DNA of 63,815 nucleotides, counting the filler, from Octopus bimaculoides (taxonomy: Eukaryota): assembly GCF_001194135.2 (NCBI RefSeq). It is 8 parts of 7 records of this genome, joined end to end, with 100 filler letters (N's around TTAATTAATTAA, not from the genome) between each part and the next. Parts side by side here need not be neighbours in the genome. Positions count along the whole stretch, not along the records: positions 47,617 to 54,032 come from NC_068993.1; positions 54,133 to 55,953 come from NW_026412901.1; positions 56,054 to 61,211 come from NC_068983.1; positions 61,312 to 62,488 come from NC_068989.1; positions 62,589 to 63,815 come from NW_026423663.1; 3 more parts are not named here. One strand, given 5' to 3'. The translations under genes and the position numbers were made by a program. The notes beneath the pieces are model-generated. The model did no database searches. It had not been told where the DNA came from and saw only the letters and a list, made by a program, of their open reading frames with translations. Below are positions 51,820 to 63,815 of the stretch, piece after piece (the first letter of the stretch is position 1; the number at the start of each line of letters is the position of its first letter).

Positions 51820-53026
51820 TAGGGTGTTGAATTAAATTCGACGATTTTTCATGTCTCCTTTTTCTTTTTAGGAACTACTTGATGAATTGATGAACAGTCA
51901 ACGGCATTGGATAGCATAAAGATTAAAGTTGAAGTTGAGAAAAAAATTAAGCTGATATGGAGAAGTGGAAGTTATCTAAATGTTGGGGAAAGTTACCTGT
52001 ATGATGATGATTCGCGCCGGATATCAAAATATCGACATCAGGACTGTTGGTCAATGTTCTGTGAACACTGTAAAGACTGTAAGACGTAACATCATAGCAG
52101 CAACGGAGACTACGAAGTCGTGGCCAGCAGGAAGGGACACGGCAGGTGTTCTGGCTTTATCTGCATACAGGGATTCCTCTAACTGCTGTAGGATAAGGTG
52201 AAGGAAGATCCGAGCAAGGAAATTCGAATTTTGGCGAGAGAGATGGGTGTTGGAGTCGCCAACACGAAGCTAGTCCTGAATGAGGACCATCGCTACCACT
52301 CGTACAAGAGACACAAAAGAAATTTTGACAGCCAAGGCAAAGGAGAATCACTTGACGAAGGCAAAAATGCCCCTGAACACGAGGACGATTTAGTTCTCAG
52401 ATGAAAAGAATTTCTGCCAAGACCAGTTGCACAACACCCAGAACAACTGGTAGTTTGGCTACAATCCATGAAAGCCAAGTTCCCCCAAACCGTAATTGTC
52501 TTTGGATGTGTCTCCAGTGAGGTGGCGTCATGCCGCCCCAAATCTTTGAACAGAGTCTCAGACTCGATTCAGAGAGCAATATAAAACTGCTGGAGAGGGA
52601 TACTCCTGAAGGCCATATGTGTAGCAGTAGGATTCGTCTCTTTGCCATATTTTTTGAAAGAGTTAGAAGTGGTTTTCGTAGAATTTCACCAGCCCCAATT
52701 TCTGACCTCCTAATTCCTCCAATTGTAATCTTATAGATTACTATGTATGGGTGCGGTTGAGAAAGACGCCAATGGCGAGCTAGCAGCCAATATCAAAGAG
52801 GTGTTCGAAGATCTTCCGGAGACATAGTACGAAACGCTTGCGCCGGGCTCCGGAGCCGTGTTGAGGCCGTGGTGAAAACTGAGGACGGTTACTTTGAGTA
52901 AACTATTATCTCCCAGCCATAATTAGGTTGAAATGTTTTGATTATTTAAAATACTTTTATTTTTAGAGGGATGAAGTGTTGTCTTTTCCTTTTATGCAAA
53001 CTGTCAAATTTACCCTGAACAACCTG
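51820..53026 (+). mobile_element. Degenerate maT/DD37D element with both TIRs
   Basis: TA|tagggtgttgaattaaattcgac ... ctgtcaaatttaccctgaacaacctg|TA; FSDEKNF, VFGCVSSEG, NSSNCNLIDYYVW. Confidence 0.8.
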
Positions 53027-53089
53027 TAAACTTGTTGAAACATTTTAAATTATTAAAATAGTGTAGAGATCATAAACATAATTTTCACA

Positions 53090-53780
53090 GCAATCATTCA
53101 CTCCTGAATTCTACCACATAAACCATGGGCATGATAAACAAAATTACGGTCGATGAATTTTTATCTAAGCTTAAGGATGTTTCCTTTGGAACAATATATA
53201 AATCAATCATTGGTTTATTCAAGTCACTTCCCGATAAATAAAACTCCATATTCCTGCAGCGTGTTATAAATTATTATTACGCATTGATCAATAAACCACT
53301 TCTAATTAGAGCCCTAAACCATGCCAGATCAATGTCAGATCAATTCCTAACATTTGTGAAGATGAAATAGATATTATCTTGCAAGCAATGAAGCCCATTA
53401 TTTTTTTATAACAACTTCAGTGATATAAAACAAAAACTTTAGATATTCCGTTCGATGACAGCATGGGAATGAGTAACTTCATAAGTGTTAGTAGCCTCGT
53501 TGGATTATTCCTACTTTATTGTACCTTTTCCACGAGCCAAATGAGACACTAAGTTATATACATAGGAAGCCGACCGAACTATGAACACTTTCAACAACCT
53601 AATTGATAATAAGTCAGATTATCCAGATTATCCGCCAATAAGCAAATAGTTAAAAACTATTCTGGCTATTACGATGACGCCGTAAGACGCTATGATGCCA
53701 AAGAAGAAATTACTTATATCAATCTAATAAATTCCGATAGAAACTGAAAGCGAGAGATAAGTTGATAAATCCACCTAATA
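53090..53780 (+). mobile_element. Old Neptune-like PLE RT relic; probable N-terminal part at about 50760-51370, split by the maT insertion
   Basis: Frameshifted RALNHAR..EDEIDIILQAMKPI.FYNN, FDDSMG..LVGLFL, YIHRKPT; upstream SNLS..NNKN..DK-GG-like remnants. Confidence 0.5.
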
Positions 53781-53840
53781 ATCCGGAAGTAATCATACAC
53801 TTGCTTAAAAAAGTATTCTCCACTGCAAAATAGATATTAT

Positions 53841-54005
53841 AGGCGTAGGGGTGGTTGTATGGTAAGCAGTTTGCTTCCCAGTCACATTGTTCCAGGTTCA
53901 GTCCCACTGTGTGACATCTTGGGCAAGTGACTTCTACTATAGCCTCGGGCCGACCAAAGCCTTGTGTGTGGATTTAATAGACGGAAAATGAAAGAATCCC
54001 ATCGT
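53841..54005 (+). mobile_element. tRNA-derived SINE family B (representative copy)
   Basis: aggcgtaggggtggttgtatggtaag..gttccaggttcagtccca..cttgggcaagtg. Other copies near 915, 4805(-), 6955(-), 20860(-), 21640, 22800, 36665(-), 38925(-), 43065(-), 59310(-). Confidence 0.85.
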
Positions 54006-54567
54006 ATGTATATATACATATATATATATATANNNNNNNNNNNNNNNNNNNNNNNNNNNNNNNNNNNNNNNNNNNNTTAATTAATTAANNNNNNNNNNNN
54101 NNNNNNNNNNNNNNNNNNNNNNNNNNNNNNNNTATATATATATATGTATATATATATATATGTATATATATATACACGCATATACATTAATATGTATATG
54201 TGTATGTATGCATAGATATATGTGTATACAACACACACGTATTTATATAAAGAGAGAGAGAGTGAGAGGGGAGAGAAAGAGAGAAGTGGAAAAGAAAGGT
54301 GAAAGTTCATTGAAATTTTATTTGTTCATATCGATCGATAAAACAAGTAAATGAAGTGAATGAATATCAAAGAAAAATCGCAGTTTAATGAAAAACTGAC
54401 TTAGAAAAGCTGTATACTCAGCGATTTTCAAATGATTAAAATATGTATATTTGTATATACCTATATTTACTCTTTCTGTCTACTTTTTCCTGTCTGTCAG
54501 TTCTTCAGTGTGCATTCACAAACACTCAAGATACACACACACAAGCACACACAAACACACACACACG

Positions 54568-54612
<45 letters not shown>

Positions 54613-54622
54613 NNNNNNNNNN

Positions 54623-54667
<45 letters not shown>

Positions 54668-54719
54668 TGTACATACATATATACATATATCTATGTATTT
54701 ATTTATGTATACATACATA

Positions 54720-54845
54720 TGAGGTCTGATCAATAAGTATCCGAACTGTTGCCATAGTAACGAAGCGAAAGAGGAGGATGGAGAGAAAAGGAGAGATAGA
54801 AGGAGGATTGAAAGCGAGGTTTGTGTACGTGTATGTTCATGTCTG

Positions 54846-54880
<35 letters not shown>

Positions 54881-55722
54881 GTGTACATATATATATATGT
54901 GCTTAGCAAATATTGACTTTGATATCTGCTGTACATGCGCACTAAGTTTTAACGTTCTAGCTGACTTTCGCTGTTTACAGCAGAGCTTGAAAGGAAGGTG
55001 TGTAGCGTGTGATCATCGCATTGGCCATGACAGAGAAAGTTGTAACGATACCTGCTCAGAGGCCTACACAAAGTTGCAAAGAGTGTATGGAGAGGAGTGT
55101 ATGAGCTGCGCACAAGTGTATGAGTAGTTCAGACGATTCCAAGATAGCCGAAGAAATGTCGACATTGACGAACGTTCTGGGAGACCTGCAGCCAGAAGAA
55201 ATGAGAGAAACATCGCAGATGTGCGTACAGCTGTGAGTGGAAATCGTCGAATCACCATCCGTGAGTTATCAGATGTACAGATTAGTTACGACTCAGTTCA
55301 GTCCATTTTCACTGAAGATTTAGGAATGAGACGCGTGTCTGCCAAGTTTGTGCCAAAAGTGCTTTCAGCTGACAAAAAAAAAAAAAAAAAAAAAAAACTC
55401 GGGCTTCTTGATTGTGTCGAGAACGATGAAAACATTTTGAAAACTTGGCGTAGGCTTCTGAGCAGGTATCACCAAAACCTTGGCAAAATTTGATGCAGAT
55501 TCCCTGCTCAACTTTCTCTGTCGTGGTCACTGCAACGACCACACGTTAAATGCTTTCCTTCCAAGCACTACTGTAAACAGCGGAAGTTAGCTAGAAAGTT
55601 TAAACTTAGTGCGCAGGCACATCAGAGTTCAAGGCCAATCTATGGCGAGCGGCTTTACTCTGCGTGCCTTAGATACATTACTATGGTAACAGACCAGATA
55701 CTTATTGATCAGACCACTCTCA
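54720..55722. mobile_element. Mariner derivative with two inverted 5' ends
   Basis: TIR gaggtctgatcaataagtatcc at both ends; 55445-55620 is the reverse complement of 54930-55075; transposase HTH fragment (RRITIREL..LGMRRVSAKFVPK) in between. Confidence 0.8.
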
Positions 55723-55726
55723 TACG

Positions 55727-55757
<31 letters not shown>

Positions 55758-56053
55758 GCACACACACATACATATGTATGTACATATATAAAACTTTTTC
55801 TCTGTGTGATACAAACCGTTTCTCCATTTTGAAAATTGAAATGAAGTGATTAAACGAAGGGTTTTATGTTTCTGGATTCATGGAAATCATTGATTTGACA
55901 AATTTCCAGACACGTTAGATCGTCATCAGAGAATAATTACCCATCTTCTCTCCNNNNNNNNNNNNNNNNNNNNNNNNNNNNNNNNNNNNNNNNNNNNTTA
56001 ATTAATTAANNNNNNNNNNNNNNNNNNNNNNNNNNNNNNNNNNNNNNNNNNNN

Positions 56054-57105
56054 GCTGCTGAGGCTGCCAGAATACTCTCTTCTTTGGCAGCTTCTTTCTG
56101 TGCGAGTTCTTCCACTTCAGAACTCAGCGCCAGAGCTGCTGGTAGACTCTCTTTCTCAGTTTCTTCCTGTGGAGGTGTTTCCACGACCACTGCTAGAATA
56201 CTTTCTTTCTCAGCAGCTTCTTTCGGGGCAATTTCTTCTGGAATTGCCAAAACACTTTCTTCCTGCTTGGTTTCATTGGGTATGACTGTTTCCACCTTAG
56301 GACTCAGCACTACCGAAATACTTTCAATTTTTTCAAGTTCTTTTGGAGGAGCTTCCTCTACTTTTGAACTCAATTCTGGTGTAACAGAAATACCCTCAAT
56401 TTTTTCAAGTTCTTTTGGTGGGGCTTCCTCCACCATCAAACTCAATATTGGGGTTGCTGAAATACCCTCGATCTTTTCAAGTTCTTTTTGTGGGGTTTCC
56501 TCCACCTTCAAACTTAATTCTGGGGTTGCTGAAATACTTTCAATCTTTTCAAGTTCTTTTGGTGGGGCTTCCTCCACTTTTGAACTCAATACTGGTGTTA
56601 TAGAAATACCCTCGATCTTTTCAGGTTCTTTTGGTGGGGCCTCCTCCACCTTTGAACCCAATATTGGGGTTGCTGAAATACTCTCGACCTTTTCAAGTTC
56701 TTTTGGTGGGGCTTCCTCCACCTTCAAACTCAATACTGGTGTTACTAAAATACTTTCAATCTTTTCAAGTTCTTTCGGTGGGGCTTCCTCCACCTTGGAA
56801 CTCAATACTGGGGTTGCCGAAATACCCTCAATCTTTTCAAGTTCTTTTGGTGGGGCTTCCTCCACCTTTGAACCCAATACTGGGGTTGCTGAAATACCCT
56901 CAATCTTTCCAGGCTCTTTTGGTAGGGTTTCCTCCACCTTCAAACCCAACACTGGAATTGCCGAAATACCCACTTTCTTCTCAGGTTCCGTGGGTTGGGT
57001 TTCGTCCACCTTGGAACTCAACACTGGGGCCTCTTCCTTGCTCTTACTTTCAACAGGTTTTTCTTTTTCCTTGGAAAGTATATCAAATTTAGTAGTGGAA
57101 CTGTA
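56054..57105 (-). CDS. Large exon of the same protein with about 9-10 tandem 24-aa repeats; runs into an assembly gap
   Basis: attacag|TAC AGT TCC, in phase 0 with the previous donor; more than 1 kb open; unit KIEGISATPVLSSKVEEAPPKELE. Confidence 0.85.
56310..56980 (-). repeat. Coding 72-bp minisatellite
   Basis: Recurring + strand motif tcttttggtggggcttcctccacc at about 72-nt spacing. Confidence 0.9.
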
Positions 57106-57868
57106 CTGTAATATGATTTGAACATGTAACACACATTGTTAACCATCTCCTACTCCCCACCATACTTTCATGCAACCTCCACCCAGCCACACTCCTAGTC
57201 CATCATCCCCCAGACATTTCAACACCCCTTCTACTTTGAAACCTCATCACCACTATTTTTTCATCTATTTCCACCTCCACCCCAGTTACTCCCACTCTCT
57301 CTTCTAAAATGTGAGTAGTCCTGTAGTTCGTCGACAGCAAGAAACCTGTTCTGCACTGGCCCCTTCCCCCATAATTTAACCCCTCCATCTCCTAGCATAA
57401 AGCCACCTTTCTAAGGGTCAGAGTCTTGGAAGCTGCATGGCAACATCACTAGTGCTGGTGATACAAAACAAGCACCTGGTACACAATGCGTGTTACATGT
57501 ATCAGCATGTATCAGTGGAAGTACAAGAGAATATGCAGTTACATCCTTTGAGGTCTCTCTGTAAAATAGTTGGCATTAGGAAGGGCATCCAGCCATAGAA
57601 ATCATATCAAACCAGACATTGGAGCACGATGCGGTCCTTGGGCCCACTGAATCCGGTCAAACCATCCAACTCATGGCAGCATGGAATATGGACACTAAAT
57701 AATAGACACTCCAATTGTATGTAGCTCTGCTTCATATCTTAAAGACAGTGCCTGTTCATAATAGAAAACTACAGATGGAAAAAATATGAAATAGTCTATA
57801 ACAAATAAACAGCAGAAGCTAAAGCAAACATGCAACAAAAATTAATTAAAAGCCAGAAAATATCTTAC

Positions 57869-58608
57869 CTCTGTCTTGGGAGCAGCAGGAGTAGGGATCA
57901 AAGGTTGTAAGATAGAAGAAGTAGGGATTTTAGGACCAGGAATACCTTTCTTAGAAGGTTTTTGAGATGGAGATTCAGCTGGTTCTGAAATAGAAGGAGC
58001 TGTTGGTGCTGCTTTTGTTTTTGCTGGGCTACTTTCTTCCTTGGCAGCTTCTTTCTGTGGGAGTTTTTCCACTTTAGCCTTCTTTTCAGTTTCTTTCTGT
58101 GGGGTTTTTTCCGCTGGTTCTGCCGCAATACTATCTTTCTTGACAGCTTCTTTAGAGGCAGTTTTATCTAGTTTGGAACTTAAAACTGGAGAAGTTGGAA
58201 CACTCTCTTTCTTTTCAGATTCTTTGGGTGCGATTACCTTAGAACTCAGCACTGCTGAAAGACCCAATTTCTTTTCCGGTTCTTTGGGTGCAAGTTTTTC
58301 CACTTTAGAACTCAACACTGGAGCCTCTTCCTTGCTTTTACTGTCAACAGGCTTCTGTCCTTTTTCCTTGGAAAGCAAATCAGGTTTAGTAACAGGTGAA
58401 GTAGGGGACTTTTTAGGAGAAGTATGGGATATTTTAGGAGAACCAGGAACAGGGATAGTGGATGAAGGCGGTAAAATAGGAGTAGCGGGGATAACTGGGA
58501 AACTTGGTACCGGTAATTGAGGTTTCTCTGGTGGTGCTTCTACTGCAGGGGCTTTACGTTTGTCTTCAACAATCACCTTTCTTTTTAGTGGCTCATTGCT
58601 CTTGGTAA
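57869..58608 (-). CDS. Exon of an unidentified K/E/P/S-rich low-complexity protein
   Basis: Minus strand: (ct)n tttgtag|TT ACC AAG...CCC AAG ACA GAG|gtaaga; 740 nt open (TKSNEPLKRKVIVEDKRKAPAVEAPPEKP...APKTE). Confidence 0.85.
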
Positions 58609-59977
58609 CTACAAATAGAGAAAGAGAGAGAGGGAGATAATGTTTTAATTGAAAAATAAATTTTAATAATTTGTAAATGGGAGAAGAATATCATAAAATA
58701 ACAAAAGCTCATTATTGGATAATTTCAAGCAAATCTAAAAAAATTTTACGGTAATAAAAAAAAAGGACTTAACATCATTGCAAGTTTGACAGAAGTTACT
58801 TGGTAAATTGCACCAATTGCAACACAAATATCAAAGAGAAGGCATTATAAACCTATGTGCTAGATACAATGCAGTTTCTTTATACACAGGCGCAGTGAAG
58901 AGTTGTGGATGGACTGATGTAATCTTCAATGTAATCGACTTAATCTCTTTGTCTGTCCTTGTTTGTCCCCTCTATGTTTAGCCCCTTGTGGGCAATAAAG
59001 AAATAAATATTTAAAGGAAATAAAATTAAAAACACAAAAATACTATTTGTATCTTATCTTTTATTCACTTCAGTTATTAGACTGAGGCCATGCTGGGGCA
59101 CCACCTTGAAGTGTTTTTAGTCAAACAAATCAACTCCTGTCATTTTTATAGTCTGGTACTTATTCTATTAGTCTCTTTGTCAGACCGCTAAGTTACAAGG
59201 GACATACACAAACCAATACTGGTTGTCAAGCAGTGGTGGGGAACAAACACACATACATACATGTATGTGTTTGTGTGTGTGTGTATATGTATATAAATGT
59301 ATATGATGAGCTTTTTTCAGTTTCCATCTACCAAATGTATCCATAAGGCTTTGGTCAGCCTGCGAATATAGAAGACATTTGTCCAAGGTGCCACACAGAG
59401 GAACTGAACCTGGAACCATGTGGTTGAGAAGCAAGCTTCTTACTACACACCCACTCCTGTGTCTAAATTTGTAATAAATTCACATTGGAAAAAGAAATAA
59501 TGCAGGTAACAAACTGCAAAGGCCCTTGTTATGAGACATGTGAAATAACTGAATAGGGAACCACCAAAAGTTTCAAGAATAGAAAGGAATTGAAGGTTAA
59601 TACAAATACAAACTGCAGAAACAAAAAAAAATCTCATTTATTGCATAACATGCACACAAAGCAATGAGAATTGTATGAGACAAATGGGATCAAAATGAAT
59701 TCATTGTGTGAATTTGGGTTTTGTCTCTGAAAAATACTCCATCAGTGAGGCCTTTATTAATTTATTAATTTTTAGGCATGAAAATGTTTATTTTACCACA
59801 GAAGTGATTAAAATCTAAAAAAATATGAATACCTATTGACCGCAGAAACCCGAGATATACTGAGGAGTCCACAATGAAAATTTACATATATTTGCCAGAT
59901 AAATCTGCGATGTACTAAGAGCACAATAGGTGAACCGCAATATGGCAAGTGATTACTGTATATATGTGTGTATGTAC

Positions 59978-60031
<54 letters not shown>

Positions 60032-60569
60032 NNNNNNNNNNNNNNNNNNNNNNNNNNNNNNNNNNNNNNNNNNNNNNNNNNNNNNNNNNNNNNNNNNNNN
60101 NNNNNNNNNNNNNNNNNNNNNNNNNNNNNNNNNNNNNNNNNNNNNNNNNNNNNNNNNNNNNNNNNNNNNNNNNNNNNNNNNNNNNNNNNNNNNNNNNNNN
60201 NNNNNNNNNNNNNNNNNNNNNNNNNNNNNNNNNNNNNNNNNNNNNNNNNNNNTATTAGCGCTTTCATTTGTCTTTCGAACTTGTCAAATATAATTCTGTG
60301 AAAATACAGAGATCTTGCTTATTTATATAAGACAGGTGTTTTTTGGGGTTTTGTTTATAACAGAACATTGTTTTGTTTTTTTGTTTTTTGGGGGTGAGGC
60401 TTTGGAGACAATGGAAGATGTATAAGGAGATAGATAGATAGATAGACTGATAGTCAGATAGAGAGATGGATGTGGTAAAAGAGAGAGAGAAGGACCATTG
60501 TATTGAAATGGTCTTTTTAAGGAGTGTCAAAAAAAAAAGGGGGGGGGTAAAAGCTTGTTTACTACTTAC

Positions 60570-60590
60570 TGTATTGTTTTGAGAGGGTTT
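60570..60590 (-). CDS. Candidate 21-nt microexon of the minus-strand gene
   Basis: About 60-nt polypyrimidine tract...ccatccctag|AAACCCTCTCAAAACAATACA|gtaagt; read in phase 1 it gives xTLSKQY+I and joins exon 58608 in frame. Confidence 0.5.
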
Positions 60591-61497
60591 CTAGGGATGG
60601 TAGAAGAAGGAAAAAAAGAAAAAAGGAAGAAGAGAGAAGAAAAAATAGAGAATAATAAATTTATATATATATATATACACACACAAACACACACAGAGTC
60701 AATAGGTAAGAGCTAGAGATGCTCAATATAGAAAACATATAGTACTGCTCAAATGATTTGAACTTTCACTCCAAAGTTTTTATTGAGGACCAGTTCCACA
60801 GAGTAAAGAGTGGTCATAAGAGAAATCCAGGTGAGCTAATATGGAGACAGTAATACCGATAAACATGATTAGGCTTGATATATATATAAATATGCATACA
60901 TATACACACACACGTATACATATATATATATATATATATATATCATCGTCGTCGTTTAACGTCCACTTTCCATGCTAGCATGGGTTGGACGATTTGACTG
61001 AGGACTGGTGAAACCAGATGGCTACACCAGGCTCCAGTCAGAGTTTCTACAGCTGGATGCCCTTCCTAACGCCAACCACTCAGAGAGTGTAGTGGGTGCT
61101 TTTACGTGTCACCCGCACGAAGGCCAGTCAGGCGGTACTGGCAACGGCCACGCTCATCTCGCTCAAGAAACCTCATGTGTCACCCGCACAAGAGCCAGCC
61201 CAGGGGCACCGNNNNNNNNNNNNNNNNNNNNNNNNNNNNNNNNNNNNNNNNNNNNTTAATTAATTAANNNNNNNNNNNNNNNNNNNNNNNNNNNNNNNNN
61301 NNNNNNNNNNNTATATATATATATATATATATATAATACATACAGTGTACATTTAAACACATAAGAGAAATGTCCATAATAGGACATCTAACCCGCTAGA
61401 AGGAGCAGTCAAAATATATAGTCTATTGACTAGTTTTTTCTTCTTCTCACTAGACCACTGGTAGCAAATAGAATTTCTAAATTTCTTTGCTACCCTG

Positions 61498-61761
61498 AGA
61501 TTGTGGGTAAAGCCAAAACAATGCGAAGTAAATGCATAGTAAATCACAAGAAAACAAATATGTGACTTACCTTGTATTCAATATTTCGGGGTTATCACAT
61601 GTTCACACACACGCACATCGGCAACATTGGTCAATTTCTTGAAAATGGGGCCATAATCCCGAAATATTGAATACAAGGTAAGCCTACATTAATTCACATA
61701 TTTGTTTACTTGTGATTTACCTTGCTTTTACTTCGCATTATTTTGGCCTTACCCATGATCT
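61498..61761. mobile_element. Fold-back MITE-like inverted repeat (about 95-100-bp arms)
   Basis: cttaccttgtattcaatatttcggg (61566-61590) is a perfect reverse complement of 61658-61682; outer arms also pair after a bulge of about 10 nt. Confidence 0.8.
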
Positions 61762-61800
61762 TTTATACAATATATTCTACACAATGCTTCNNNNNNNNNN

Positions 61801-61838
<38 letters not shown>

Positions 61839-63815
61839 CACGTACACATACATATACATGTGTGTGTTTCTCTCTATGTGTAAAGGAAATCGCACGTGAC
61901 AATTATTTTTCTTTGACAGTCGCATGAGCTTCGTGACGGTAACAGGAATTCGATAAACGGATGATAAATAAGTGAAACAGTTTCATTTGCTAAATAAATG
62001 CGGTGAAAGTGAATTATACAGAAGTATATAAACGGCAGGCAGCAAACGAACTTCCAATTATTGTTGACACCATTATTTCAGCAAGAAAGAATTGGTCGGT
62101 TGTGAAGTGCAGGAAATAGTCATAAGCGGGACGTTTTTTTTTTTTTATTGCTCAAAGGGAACGGATCATCAAGATGAAAGCACTCAAGTAATTTACTTCT
62201 GAAATTCGTTTTGATTTAGTATCAACCTCACTTTAATTCAGACGTGTGGCTTAGTTTTAATACGTAGATGAAATGCTTCGAAAACTCTAAAACATAAAAA
62301 TTTCCTGCTTCGTTGTTATAATAAATCATCGCTTCTCAACCAAGGCCCACGTGACCGTCATGGATCCGAATAAGATTGTCCTTGCTAAACATCATGTGTA
62401 ATAAAATAGGCGCAGGCGTTCCGCGTTTATATCCACTGCGTGGCAAGTTGGGCAGATGTTTTGTTATATACATATATATATATATATANNNNNNNNNNNN
62501 NNNNNNNNNNNNNNNNNNNNNNNNNNNNNNNNTTAATTAATTAANNNNNNNNNNNNNNNNNNNNNNNNNNNNNNNNNNNNNNNNNNNNTGCTTGTCTGTG
62601 CGTAATGTTTCTGTATGCGTGTCTGTGTTTGTGTATGTATGTATGTATATGTATATATGAAAATGAAATGGGTAGATAAGTGTATACCTGTGCTTAAGAG
62701 CATGTGTGTGGCGAGAAAGAGAGTGTGAGTGAGTGACTTATAGAAGCAAATGCAATTTTGTCCATAAAGCATATTTGATTGAATAAAGCGTGTAACACGT
62801 TGGAGCCTCATCTAAATGTCACCCCTATTTACTCCACTTGACCTTTTTTGTCATTTAATGTTGCCTGTATGTTGTTGTTGTTTAACCCCGAGTCAAACTT
62901 TGCCAAAAATAAAGGTATGGATGATCACGACTTGACTAGTCTTGGATCATAGAATTGTTGAATCAATGCTGAAACCCGTCCTATCCTTCAAAATATTCTC
63001 CCCCCACCCACCCCTCTCCTTCAAGATAATATGGTATGGTTTTAATGGATTTAGAGACACCTGGCTGCTATTTCTAGGAAACTGATGGTTTTTCTATTAG
63101 ATCTCGTGCTTCTATTTAAAGGTGATATGCACACACCTGCGATTTGCAACGATCATTGATTACACTTATAATAATATATAATCCATAAATACCTCGTTAT
63201 ATGTCATACCATAGTTTTCACTTTGATCTGTGAATGCTTGTTAATCAACAGTTCAGTTGTTGATCTTCGCTTTCACTAACCTGATCAGTTTTTTTCTTTT
63301 TTTTCTTGTTTTCCTCTCTCTCTCTGTCTCTCTATCTTGAGCTATAGCCACCATGAATGATCATTTCGTTACTTATTCTAATAATAATAATCCTTTATAC
63401 TATAGGCACAGGCCTGTAATTTGGTGGGGGAGGGGGGACAGTCGATTAGATCGACTCCATTACACAACTGGTACTTAATCTATCGCCCCCCCCCCACGAA
63501 AGGATGAAAGGCAAAGTCGACCTCGGCGGAATTTGAACTCAGAAAGTGAAGACAGACAAAATACCGCTAAGCATTTCTCCAGCTTGCCGCCATAATAATA
63601 CTAATGTTAATAATCGCTAGCACTTTTTTTTTGTTATTAAAATAATTTTCGAATTTCTTGAAGTTAAATCATCAACAAACAGGACGTAACTTTGTAGGAT
63701 GGTGTTTCATAAGGAAAGTAAGACTAGTTTATGAAAACTGTAAAAGGGGATGGGCATAGGGAAAAAAGCAAAGAATGTCAATTTAAGGAACACGTAGCGG
63801 AGAATACATCCTGTT

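Larger units (their letters stand above)
1..63815. repeat. Pervasive microsatellites: (TA)n, (CA)n, (TAGA)n, (TACA)n, (AAT)n, (CT)n, (GAAA/GGAA)n; most N gaps are bordered by (TA)n
   Basis: Examples: 1-35, 245-345, 18631-18714, 31758-31822, 34555-34632, 50128-50205. Confidence 0.95.

Noticed and set aside
56084-58520. Long + strand ORFs 56084-57121, 56631-57092 and 58041-58520
   Set aside because: Antisense shadows of the repetitive minus-strand exons, which have the splice signals.
8233-62544. TTAATTAATTAA 12-mers at 8233, 19177, 47561, 54077, 55998, 61256 and 62533
   Set aside because: Each sits in an exact 44N+12+44N (100-nt) block and has stops in all six frames: an artificial scaffolding spacer, not biology.

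Overview
Eukaryotic, AT- and microsatellite-rich, gap-riddled scaffold window. The SINE/RTE repeat repertoire resembles Octopus (inference). No rRNA, true tRNA or CRISPR. Two host genes are visible only as spliced exons and point towards each other. (1) A + strand LRRC43 orthologue: six frame-compatible exons, 32892-45892; its 5' and 3' exons were not found. (2) A - strand gene for a long Lys/Glu/Pro-rich protein: exons 57869-58608 and <56054-57105 with a 72-bp tandem repeat, plus a candidate 21-nt microexon at 60570-60590. The rest is decayed mobile DNA: mariner, Tc1, maT/DD37D and Tigger transposons; Penelope-like elements (PLEs); R4/Dong-like and RTE LINE fragments; and at least three tRNA-derived SINE families. 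Most notable non-annotated signals: a cluster of hammerhead-ribozyme-like motifs in PLE 3' ends (18.7-24.2 kb, one nearly intact); a PLE whose 3' repeat starts with a tRNA-like Pol III promoter; several long intronic or near-gene inverted repeats (candidate dsRNA/ADAR substrates); and a sharp CpG-depleted domain over the LRRC43 gene body. All coordinates and alignments were read by eye, and repeat boundaries are approximate.
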